NCBI GenBank assembly: GCA_963695875.1
Contig: CAVOID010000009.1
Coordinates: 96,001-160,000, forward strand
DNA from: an uncultured delta proteobacterium
GTDB taxonomy: Bacteria; Desulfobacterota; Syntrophia; Syntrophales; UBA2185
Direction: 5' to 3'
DNA: 64,000 nt
Position numbers and translations under genes: made by a program. Below the pieces are notes generated by a model. It did no database searches. It had not been told where the DNA came from and saw only the letters and a list, made by a program, of their open reading frames with translations. Numbering within the stretch: position 1 is the stretch's first letter; every line of letters starts with the position of its first letter. Shown here piece by piece: positions 53,730-62,987 of the stretch.

Positions 53730-54947
53730 TTAAAACAAAACATTCAGTACACGATCTATCTCCTTCAATACGCCCAGGACATCCGCGGCCTCACCCGGTT
53801 TCAGTATTTCAGGATTGATCGCCGATAACAGAACCTGCACCGCATCAACTGCTTTTCTCAGATTTAGGTCGTCGTCCATATGATCGCCAAACGCCTTCCT
53901 GAGGCGAATTGCCATCTTGAAGCGGGCCTGTGGCTCACCGCGTGCTCTGCCCCTGATATTGTTTGCCAGGCGCTTGAGCTCTTTAAGCCCTGCCGCAGCC
54001 TTCCTCATATTCTTTTCCGAATAATTGATCCTTTCTCGGTAATGATTGCAGATCAGGAAAAACCTGATTTCGGAAGGACTGTATCCCTCTTTGATTAATG
54101 TATCCGTATAGTAGATATTACCTTTGCTTTTGGACATCTTCCGGCCATTTACAAACAGATGTTCACAATGGAGCCAGAACCTGGCCATGGGATAAGACCT
54201 GACTGATTCGAGGATGGCGCGCGTGTAGTCGTGATGGCGCACCAGGTTATCGATTCCACCGCAATAGATAGAAAGGGGCTCATGGAAATACCGGTTGACC
54301 ATGCCTGCATCCTGAATATTCCATGCGGGCCTGCCCGCCCCTATTTTTGTATCCCAGTAATCCCTTTCTCCGACTTTGCGGCCGTGCCAGAGAATAAAAT
54401 CACCAAGATTCCAGCGCATACCCGGATAGGTATCTTTGCTGAAGCGTTTTTTTGTTTTTGGCCATCGCGACATGTCGAGACCGTAGATTTTTCCGAAGCC
54501 GGAAAATTTTAACGGATCGAAATATACATCACCTTTATGCCAGTATGCCACTCCGCGAGCGATCAGTTGTTCTATGATGCCGACTGCCTCATCCACTGCC
54601 TGGGAGGCGCGGGGAAGGTAGTCCGGTCTTTTCATCTTCAATAGGAACGCCTCATCAAGAAAAGATCTAATATTAACTTCTGTCAGGCGTTTTACCGTCT
54701 TATGCCTTTTTACAGCTTCGATTACAGCCTTGTCCTCGATATCGGTAAAATTCATGCCGCGCTTCACCTTGTAGCCGGAAAATTCCAGATATTTCACCAG
54801 GACATCTTCAAACAAAAAAGTCCGGAAATTGCCGATATGTGCCTTCTGGTAGACCGAAGGGCCGCAGGTGAATATGTTCACGATATTAGGATTGACAGGC
54901 CTGAATGCCTGCAATCGTTTCCCCATTGAATTGTAAAGGCGAAGCAT
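53730..54947 (-). CDS. Cysteinyl-tRNA synthetase-like protein (divergent, short)
   Basis: TCGPSVY, HIGN, NFTDIEDK, DFILW, KMSKSKGN; Zn ligands altered; 405 aa. Confidence 0.85.
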   Translation of the reverse strand: MLRLYNSMGKRLQAFRPVNPNIVNIFTCGPSVYQKAHIGNFRTFLFEDVLVKYLEFSGYKVKRGMNFTDIEDKAVIEAVKRHKTVKRLTEVNIRSFLDEAFLLKMKRPDYLPRASQAVDEAVGIIEQLIARGVAYWHKGDVYFDPLKFSGFGKIYGLDMSRWPKTKKRFSKDTYPGMRWNLGDFILWHGRKVGERDYWDTKIGAGRPAWNIQDAGMVNRYFHEPLSIYCGGIDNLVRHHDYTRAILESVRSYPMARFWLHCEHLFVNGRKMSKSKGNIYYTDTLIKEGYSPSEIRFFLICNHYRERINYSEKNMRKAAAGLKELKRLANNIRGRARGEPQARFKMAIRLRKAFGDHMDDDLNLRKAVDAVQVLLSAINPEILKPGEAADVLGVLKEIDRVLNVLF

Positions 54948-54962
54948 TTATCCTTGTCTCCT

Positions 54963-56330
54963 TTATTGTAATTTAAGTCTTTTCCATTTCCCCCGGTGAA
55001 ACCACCAGGCCATCATGATACCCTGGCAGATCATCGAGATAACCATGGCCGACCAGACGCCTGGTGCCCCGAATCCCATAAAAAGAGCGAGGAATGAAGC
55101 AAGGGGTAGCCGGATAAGCCACATCGATATGATAATCACCCACATGGTTCCCTTTGTATCCCCCGCCCCCTGGAGGCCGCCTCCCATTACCGTACTCAAG
55201 GCCAGAAAGGGTTCGGAAAGCATATTGAATCTTATATACCGCGTCGTTTCCGCAAGAACAGAGGGTTCTCCGGTCAGGATGGATGCGAAGCCCTCCGCCC
55301 AGATAAAAATGACAAGAGCCATGATACTGGTGATCCCTATGCCGGCGCCGGCAACCTTCCAGCCCATCTTTTCAGCCCTCTGCGGATCTCCGGCGCCCAG
55401 ATTCTGGCCCACAATCACGGATGCAGCCATATTCAGGGCAAAGGCGGGAAGGAAAATAATCGCCTCAATCCTCAAACCGTTAGCAATAGATGCGAGAGCG
55501 GTAATGCTCGATTCTTTCAGTCTCCCAAGAATATTAAACAGGATAATGCTAGCCATGTTCCACGCTATCTGTAGGAATGCAGCCGGCCAGCCAATGTTAA
55601 AAATGATTTTTATCGTCTCAAAAGACAGGGTTCTGGGCTTTGAATAAACAGTTCGCCACTTGTGACTAAACCCAAGAAAGATCAGATTCATGACTGTTCC
55701 CAATAAGGTGGCAATGGCTGTTGAAAATGCAATACCCACATAACCAAGTTTCGGAAAGGGGGGTATGCCGAAAACGAGAAAGAAATCGAGCGCTATATTT
55801 GTCAGGCTGAATACGAGCATTGTCGCAAGGGGCTTTTTTACCTCGGCATTTGCCCTGAAAATAGCATTTGAAATGACAAGCAGGTAATTAGGTCCCAGAG
55901 CGAACGCAAAAATCTTAAGAAAATTTTCTGCAATATCCCTGATTTGCGGCGGGAAGCCGGCCAGAAAAATAATACCGCGATAAAATAAAAAACAGACCGC
56001 CGTAAAGACAACAGAAATCAGGAATCCGAGAATAAGCGACTGCTTGGCAACATCAACGGCCCGTTGTGTTTCTCCTGCGCCGATAGCCCTCGAGATCACG
56101 GCCAGCGTGCCTATACTGATGGCATTTGCGACAATAATGACAAGGAAATATATCTGGGTGATGAAACCGACTGCCGCCTGGACATCCGGACTTATGAGGC
56201 CGGCAACGTAGACATCGGTGAAGCCGACAAAGAAACCGAAGATCATCATGATAAGCATCGGCCAGGAAAGTCCCCATATAGCGGTCCAGATACTTCCCGT
56301 GGTCACATCAATGATCCGGTCTTTGAACAT
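54963..56330 (-). CDS. MATE family efflux transporter
   Basis: LSWPM, ISRAIGAG, VGQNLGAG, GAGDTK; ~12 TM. Confidence 0.93.
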   Translation of the reverse strand: MFKDRIIDVTTGSIWTAIWGLSWPMLIMMIFGFFVGFTDVYVAGLISPDVQAAVGFITQIYFLVIIVANAISIGTLAVISRAIGAGETQRAVDVAKQSLILGFLISVVFTAVCFLFYRGIIFLAGFPPQIRDIAENFLKIFAFALGPNYLLVISNAIFRANAEVKKPLATMLVFSLTNIALDFFLVFGIPPFPKLGYVGIAFSTAIATLLGTVMNLIFLGFSHKWRTVYSKPRTLSFETIKIIFNIGWPAAFLQIAWNMASIILFNILGRLKESSITALASIANGLRIEAIIFLPAFALNMAASVIVGQNLGAGDPQRAEKMGWKVAGAGIGITSIMALVIFIWAEGFASILTGEPSVLAETTRYIRFNMLSEPFLALSTVMGGGLQGAGDTKGTMWVIIISMWLIRLPLASFLALFMGFGAPGVWSAMVISMICQGIMMAWWFHRGKWKRLKLQ

Positions 56331-56392
56331 TGCTGTTTATCTCATGCGTGAATGCATCTTTTCAATGAATATAAAAACACAGACAAAAGAAA

Positions 56393-56509
56393 TTGAAGCT
56401 CTCCGCAGTGAACTACGAGAATCTGCGATCCATAAGGAATAATAATGTTCCCCATTCACTCGCTTAGCCCGCAGCGAGCTACGGGGAATGTGCTCGCTGC
56501 CGGATTCAA
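56393..56509. mobile_element. MITE-like element copy 2 (117 bp)
   Basis: TTGAAGCTCTCCGCAG...GCTCGCTGCCGGATTCAA, homologous to 17341-17458. Confidence 0.75.
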
Positions 56510-56515
56510 TGAAAT

Positions 56516-57503
56516 CTATGCTAATGAATTAGTCAGATATTTCTGGAGGGTTTTATAGCTCTCAATATCAGTATCCACTAAAGAAGCTCCTATGTATGTC
56601 TCACTATTGGAACTGAGCACATATTGGGGCAGGCATTCAATCGTGACCGGCATTTTACTGTTGGGCAATGTGAAGGTAATCGAAATATTGCATGTCATTC
56701 CTGTCTTCCCCTGTCTCGAACTTATGAGCACCAGGTATTGAAATCTGTACGCCGCCGAGAGAGACGTCCAATACCAGCCCGGGTTGTAATGATGCTTTGT
56801 CACCATCTGATGTGCTGACTAAAGCAGAGAAAGAAACCTTTTTCCTCGGATAATGTCGTTTTTCCTCTTCTACCTTTTTTTTATAAAAATCGGGATACAG
56901 CTGTTTTGCGCAACCCGGACATATGCTGTGCGTAAAATTCAGGTCGGAATGATCTTTCAGATACGACTCAACCTGCATCCAGTATCCATCATCAGATCGT
57001 ATATTCTTGCAGTTGGCACAAATCGGAAGCAGCCCCCTTAACGTTTTTACATTTTCCAGCGCTTCTTTCAGCTCTTTTATCAATCTTTCCTTCTCTGTCA
57101 AATTGTGAAAACGCTCAATGGAATATTTTAAAGAACGCAAAAGCAGCATGCTGTTTATCTGATTTTTATTTAAATAGTCCTGAACACCACCCTGCAAGGC
57201 CTTTATAGCGACATTCTCATCATCAAGACCTGTCAAGACAATAATTGGCGTATTCTTTTCCTGCTCCACCATTTTTTTGACAGTGTCCAGGCCGTTGCTG
57301 TCGGGAAGCGACAAGTCCAGTAAAATTACATCCACTTTATTTTCAGCCAGATATTTCAAAGCATTTTCACATGTTTCCTTGTGTATTAATTCAAGATGGA
57401 CATCACCCGCATCTTTTATGACGTCCTCATAAATCATTCCTTTTATCAAAGCAGTATCGTTCTTATTATCCTCAACGAGAAGTATTTTTAATATTTTGGA
57501 CAT
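56516..57503 (-). CDS. Response regulator (REC + CxxC module + PilZ), +1 frameshift near 56710
   Basis: LLVED, LLDLSLPDS; LLPICANCKNIR..THSICPGC; PilZ EKRHYPR and DVSLGG. Confidence 0.8.
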
Positions 57504-57711
57504 GTTACTCTCCTTTTTGCGGCGTAACGACAATATCCAACTTCCGCCTCGAAATTTCGATCTGCAAACATATTATAATATTGTATACATAAAACATAAA
57601 ATAACTAACAATCGGGATTTTCCTGATTTATAGCTTCGAAAACCATTATAATGAACCTCTAAAATCCCGATTGATGAGAGTGCATAAACCGATATTGTTA
57701 TACATAAATTG

Positions 57712-57771
57712 TACCTACCATTATTCTTCCATTTAATCCCCATTGCGCTTCATCGATAAGGGCATTAAGCT
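57712..57771 (+). promoter_or_regulatory. Conserved activator-dependent promoter copy D (glgA-like)
   Basis: TACCTACCATT-N8-ATTTAATC-CCC-A, -35 TTGCGC, N17, -10 TAAGCT; left half-site degenerate. Confidence 0.78.
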
Positions 57772-57872
57772 CAACGCCAAGGACAAACCGGTAAACCACA
57801 TATTTTAACTTACCCACTCCAGGGCGGGGCATATCTATACAAAAAGAAAATTAAAGATGCAGAGGATTATTT

Positions 57873-59537
57873 GTGGAAAGAAGACTGCATAAACCTCAAA
57901 TGAATTCACCTTCCGGTTTCAAGGCGGACAGATTGCCAGGGATTCCCGCAAAAGACCGGAGCCGGCGGCGTCACAGGAGCCATCCGTTGAAGGGGATGAG
58001 GAATGTGAAGAAGTTTGAGCTCCTTAAGGGGGCGGAGAAGACGGCCGTGTTGATTGTAGCTCCGGAGACCGGCAGGCTGCCGGAAGAGATGGGTCATCTT
58101 GCCAGATACATTTCCGGCAAGGCAGGCGGCCTCGGGGAGGTGGTTTCCGCGTTGTGTGAAGGACTGAGGGCGAGGGGGGTCAACTGTCACCTGGCAACGC
58201 TGAATCTGAAGAAGAGATTCCAGAGAGAGAGCAAAATGGATGAGCATGAATGGAGGGAAATAAGGTATAAAGTTGATCCTGACAAAGTCCACCTGGTGAG
58301 TTCATCTGTTTTTGCCAACCTTCCCTGCGCATATGCAGGCAACCCGCTTTTGAATGCCGCTGAATTTCAGAAGGAACTGGTCAACAACATCATCAAGACT
58401 GTCCGGGCCAAGAATGAGGGGAGGCTGATTCTGCACAGTCATGACTGGATGGCGGGCGGTGCGGTCACTGCCTACGCGAAATCCAGGGGTTGTCCCGTAT
58501 TGCATACCGTTCACAACGTCCACACCGGCCATATTCCCGTGGATATGCTTTTCGGCGTTGATGTTGACAGCCTCACGTGGAATATCTATTTTTCCGAGGC
58601 ATATGGGAGGCGATGCATCGATTCTCAGGCTACAGCCATCAAGAGCGCCACGCTGGTCAATTTTGTGGGCGAGAAGTTTCTCGAGGAGGTTATAGAGGAT
58701 TATTTTCTGGACAGGTCATTTATACCGCCGAGTGTAAGGCAGGAGGTAAAGGCGAAGTATTATAACGGTGCGGCGATGAGCATCATGAATGCCATGTCCC
58801 CCAGAATGTATCCGGAGAACTGCGAACATCTTGTAAGAAGGTATGATTATGATAATGACGTTATGGCGGCAAAGAGTGATAACCTGATGGAATTTCAAGG
58901 GAGGACCGGGCTGATTATTAATCCTGATGCGATCCTTCTTTACTGGCCGTCCAGGTTGGATCCGTCACAGAAGGGCGTTGAGCTTCTCGAGGATATAGCC
59001 CTCAGGTTTGTCATAGAGCATAGTGACGTACAGATTGCTGTTGTGGGGAACGGAGTCGAGGATGATCACACCCATGAGGATATTTTAGGGAGCATCGCGT
59101 GGGCCTCAGGCGGAAAGATAACGTACCAGCGTTTCAGCGAGTCCATCTCTATGCTTGGTTACGCCGCTGCCAGTGATGTATTTGGCGCTTCTCTGTATGA
59201 GCCATGCGGGCAGGTCGACCAGATAGGAAACATCTTTGGAGCTACGGCAACGAATCGTGACACCGGCGGCTACCATGACAAGATAAAAGATATGAGATTG
59301 AAGGCTGATGGTGCTCCTCATGATGAGGGGAACGGATTTCTTTTTCAGAATTATGATCCCGGCGGGCTGTGGTACGGATTATCCAGGAGTGTGCAGTTTC
59401 ACAGGAAATCACCGGGGATAAGGGAACAGCAGATCAAGAGGATCATGAGAGAAGCGAGGCAGAAGTATGATTTAAACAATATGGTTGATAAGTACGTAAA
59501 GGTATATGAGAGGCTCAACGGCAGGCCTCTGTTTTAA
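57873..59537 (+). CDS. glgA: Glycogen/starch synthase-like GT5 glycosyltransferase
   Basis: KAGGLGEV, HSHDW, HTVHN, SRLDPSQKG, YEPCG, TGG motifs; start uncertain (57873 or 57996). Confidence 0.8.
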   Translation: MERRLHKPQMNSPSGFKADRLPGIPAKDRSRRRHRSHPLKGMRNVKKFELLKGAEKTAVLIVAPETGRLPEEMGHLARYISGKAGGLGEVVSALCEGLRARGVNCHLATLNLKKRFQRESKMDEHEWREIRYKVDPDKVHLVSSSVFANLPCAYAGNPLLNAAEFQKELVNNIIKTVRAKNEGRLILHSHDWMAGGAVTAYAKSRGCPVLHTVHNVHTGHIPVDMLFGVDVDSLTWNIYFSEAYGRRCIDSQATAIKSATLVNFVGEKFLEEVIEDYFLDRSFIPPSVRQEVKAKYYNGAAMSIMNAMSPRMYPENCEHLVRRYDYDNDVMAAKSDNLMEFQGRTGLIINPDAILLYWPSRLDPSQKGVELLEDIALRFVIEHSDVQIAVVGNGVEDDHTHEDILGSIAWASGGKITYQRFSESISMLGYAAASDVFGASLYEPCGQVDQIGNIFGATATNRDTGGYHDKIKDMRLKADGAPHDEGNGFLFQNYDPGGLWYGLSRSVQFHRKSPGIREQQIKRIMREARQKYDLNNMVDKYVKVYERLNGRPLF

Positions 59538-59634
59538 ATATTCATAAATTTCCTAAGTCTAAAAAAACGCTTATTCAGAAAAACAGTATAAACTACTATG
59601 AACAGAGCGAATACATATTATATTAGGTGGTCTT

Positions 59635-60795
59635 ATGAATGAACCTGGATTAAATGACGGGAGACTGACAAGCTCCCTGCTGAAGCGATCTAAAGCAGCG
59701 ATGGATCATGTAACTGAGGTAGACCATACCTTTTACAGTACGCACCACTTTCACCACATGCTCCGAATTGAAAGGAAAAGAACGGAGCGATCCAAAAAGC
59801 CCTTCCTCCTCATGCTTATTGACCTCTCAGGACTGCATAAGAAACATCGAAACGGTTACATGTATGAGAAAATAAAACCGGTCCTTGTCTCCTGTTCAAG
59901 AGAGACGGATATCAGGGGATGGTACGAACACAACAAGGTCATGGGCGCCATCTTCACAGAAATGGCTGCTGTCGATGAGCAATCGATAGAAAAAATCTTC
60001 CGCAAGCTGCACAGCGTGGTTGGCGAGACCCTTGATGCGGAATGGGTAAAAAAAATCAAAATATCATTCCATGTATTCCCCGAGGAAAATGGAAACTCCT
60101 CAATCAATAATGGAATGTTTAACATAGCCTTCTATCCGGATCTCTCGAAGCCTAGTGTTTCCAGACAGGCAACATCATCCATAAAGAAGCTTATGGATAT
60201 TACGGGAAGCTTACTTGCCCTTCTGCTTTTTTCCCCGATCCTTATGATCATTGCGGCAGCAGTCAAACTGACCTCCGAAGGACCTGTTTTTTTCAAGCAG
60301 GAAAGAATGGGTCTGAACGGTGAGACATTCACCTTCCTGAAATTCCGCTCCATGTATACGAACAGCGATCATAACCGCCACAAGGATTATATTAAAAAAC
60401 TTATCAAAGAGGGCAAAGATGACGCGAATGCACCGGGGGTTTATAAATTAAGCAATGACCCGCGCATTACGCCTCTCGGCGGATTCTTGAGAAAAACCAG
60501 CCTCGATGAACTCCCGCAGTTCATCAATGTACTGAAGGGCGAAATGTCACTCGTCGGGCCAAGACCTCCTATTCCTTATGAGTGTGAACTATACGATATC
60601 TGGCACAGGCGGAGATTGCTCTCCGTTAAGCCGGGAATCACAGGGCTGTGGCAGGTCACAGGCAGGAGCAGAACCACGTTTGATGAAATGGTGCGCCTCG
60701 ATCTCAAATACATCAATGAGTGGTCGCTGTGGCTTGATATTAAGCTTCTTCTCAAGACACCTTGGGTGATAATAACCGGCAAGGGGGCGTATTAA
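59635..60795 (+). CDS. Polyprenyl-phosphate sugar phosphotransferase with N-terminal degenerate GGDEF-like domain
   Basis: GPVFFKQER, KFRSM, DPRIT, SLDELPQ, GPRP, KPGITGLWQV. Confidence 0.92.
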   Translation: MNEPGLNDGRLTSSLLKRSKAAMDHVTEVDHTFYSTHHFHHMLRIERKRTERSKKPFLLMLIDLSGLHKKHRNGYMYEKIKPVLVSCSRETDIRGWYEHNKVMGAIFTEMAAVDEQSIEKIFRKLHSVVGETLDAEWVKKIKISFHVFPEENGNSSINNGMFNIAFYPDLSKPSVSRQATSSIKKLMDITGSLLALLLFSPILMIIAAAVKLTSEGPVFFKQERMGLNGETFTFLKFRSMYTNSDHNRHKDYIKKLIKEGKDDANAPGVYKLSNDPRITPLGGFLRKTSLDELPQFINVLKGEMSLVGPRPPIPYECELYDIWHRRRLLSVKPGITGLWQVTGRSRTTFDEMVRLDLKYINEWSLWLDIKLLLKTPWVIITGKGAY

Positions 60796-60829
60796 GGGAG
60801 TGTATAAGACAGGCGAGATACCAGTCCTA

Positions 60830-61789
60830 TTACTTAACATTTTTCCCCTTCAAGACCAGTTCCGGTTTTTTCAGAAATACTTCCGTATCAGGCGGCACCG
60901 AATCGGTAATCCAGACATTCCCGCCGATTACCGAACGGGCTCCGATTACAGTCTTCCCGCCCAGCACAGTGGCATTTGCATAAATGATGACGTCATCTTC
61001 AATGGTAGGATGACGTTTTTGATTTCTTAGAGATTCCACTTCCTCACGGCTGAGCGAGAGGGCTCCCAGCGTTACACCCTGATAGAGCCTGACGCGCTTG
61101 CCGATAATGGTCGTCTCGCCAATTACTACGCCTGTACCATGGTCGATAAAGAAGCGTTCTCCGATCCGGGCGCCGGGGTGAATATCTATCCCCGTTTTGC
61201 CATGGGCGTATTCCGTCATGATACGCGGTATCAGGGGGATGCCGTGTTGATGCAACTGGTTTGCAATGCGATACACCGTGATAGCGAAAAGTCCCGGATA
61301 ACTGAAGATGATTTCGTCGAAGCTTTTGGCCGCCGGATCTCCTTCATGTGCCGCCTGGATATCCGAAGCAAGCAGAACACGTAATTGAGCCATGCCGCGT
61401 AAAAAATCGATGGCAGCCTGCTGGCCCCGTTCATCGCAGTTTGTACAGGGCTGATTGTGGCGTATGCAGTCATGCCGTATCGCCAGCATAAGCTGTTCGG
61501 AGAGGGCTTCAAAAAGACTGGTCACTTCCTGACCGAAATAGTAGCCGACATTCATCTGATCCAGACGTGTACGGATGAAATAACCGGGATAAAGGATGCG
61601 GCTTGCCGTGTGCAGGATATCGATTACAGCCTCGCGGGAGGGAATCGGTTCCGGGCCCACGTGGTCAAAACAATCATTACGGCCGCAGGATAATACAAGC
61701 TCATCAACAACAGCAGGGATTTCTTCGCGAAAGTTCCGGGTGATGTCAATATCAGTCCTGCATTGGTCCATTTTTGATTTGTCATCCAC
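60830..61789 (-). CDS. cysE: Serine O-acetyltransferase
   Basis: GDPAA, GIDIHPGA, FIDHGTGVVIGET, KRHPTI; GTG start after AGGAGG. Confidence 0.93.
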   Translation of the reverse strand: MDDKSKMDQCRTDIDITRNFREEIPAVVDELVLSCGRNDCFDHVGPEPIPSREAVIDILHTASRILYPGYFIRTRLDQMNVGYYFGQEVTSLFEALSEQLMLAIRHDCIRHNQPCTNCDERGQQAAIDFLRGMAQLRVLLASDIQAAHEGDPAAKSFDEIIFSYPGLFAITVYRIANQLHQHGIPLIPRIMTEYAHGKTGIDIHPGARIGERFFIDHGTGVVIGETTIIGKRVRLYQGVTLGALSLSREEVESLRNQKRHPTIEDDVIIYANATVLGGKTVIGARSVIGGNVWITDSVPPDTEVFLKKPELVLKGKNVK

Positions 61790-61805
61790 GTTTATTTCAC
61801 CTCCT

Positions 61806-62987
61806 TTACTGGACTGTACATGCCTGATCGCCCAAGTTCCAGTAGGGGGACAAGCCGCGCAACTTTTCAATAATTGACGGTAGCTTCTCAACGACGAAGT
61901 TTATTTCCTCCTCGGTGTTGTAGATGCTCAGGCTGAACCTGATAGACCCGTGGGCCATGGTGAATGGAACACCCATGGCACGAAGCACATGGGAAGGCTG
62001 CAGAGACCCTGAGGTACAAGCTGAACCTGAGGATGCACAGATGCCGAACTCGTCCATCAGAAGGAGGATGGCTTCACCTTCGACAAATTCAAAGCTGATG
62101 TTCGTTGTATTGGGAAGCCGGTATAATCGCGTTCCATTTACGCGGCTATTTGGAATACGCGCCAGGAGCTCTGTTTCAAGCTTATCCCGCAATTTTTTCA
62201 CAGTGGTGTTCTCTGTTTCCATGTTGCGCGCCGCCAGTTCGCAGGCCTTTCCCAGCCCGATGATGCTGGGTGTGTTCTCCGTACCGCCCCGGCGCTCCTT
62301 CTCCTGGTGCCCCCCGATCAGGAAAGGTGAGAACTTCGTACCCTTACGTACATACAGGACACCTATACCCTTTGGCGCATGAAGCTTGTGTCCGGATATG
62401 GAGAGCATATCAATGACATTTGTCTTCATATTTATCGGGATCTTTCCAACTGCCTGGACAGCATCCGTATGAAACAGAACGCCCCTTTCGTGAGCAAGCT
62501 CTGCCGCCTTTTCCACGGGGAACAAGGCCCCGGTTTCGTTGTTGGCCCACATGAGGCTGACAACAGCAGTATCCGGTGTCAGACTTCTTTCGAACTGATT
62601 CATATCCAGGAGGCCGTCTTTATCTACCGGCAGTTCCGTTACGCGATATCCCTGCCTCGACAGATGAGCACAAAGTGACTTAATGGCGGGATGCTCAACC
62701 CTGCTTGTCAAAATATGACGCTTGTCGGGATGAGTTGCCAGGGCCGACCGGATTGCGGCATTGTCACTTTCCGTCCCGCAACTGGTGAAGATGATTTCAT
62801 CAGACGTGGCCCCGATGAGCGCTGCTGCCTGTCCGCGGGCCTCGCGTATCTTTCGTGCAACCTGCCCTCCAAAGGAATGCATGCTGGACGGATTTCCATA
62901 AAGAATGCGGAAGTAGGGAAGCATGGCATCCATAACCTCTGCGGCAACCTGGGAAGTCGCATTGTTATCCAGATAAATAGTTGTCAT
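61806..62987 (-). CDS. nifS: Cysteine desulfurase NifS
   Basis: YLDNNAT, SGHKLH, SSGSACTSGSL.PSHV. Confidence 0.96.
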   Translation of the reverse strand: MTTIYLDNNATSQVAAEVMDAMLPYFRILYGNPSSMHSFGGQVARKIREARGQAAALIGATSDEIIFTSCGTESDNAAIRSALATHPDKRHILTSRVEHPAIKSLCAHLSRQGYRVTELPVDKDGLLDMNQFERSLTPDTAVVSLMWANNETGALFPVEKAAELAHERGVLFHTDAVQAVGKIPINMKTNVIDMLSISGHKLHAPKGIGVLYVRKGTKFSPFLIGGHQEKERRGGTENTPSIIGLGKACELAARNMETENTTVKKLRDKLETELLARIPNSRVNGTRLYRLPNTTNISFEFVEGEAILLLMDEFGICASSGSACTSGSLQPSHVLRAMGVPFTMAHGSIRFSLSIYNTEEEINFVVEKLPSIIEKLRGLSPYWNLGDQACTVQ

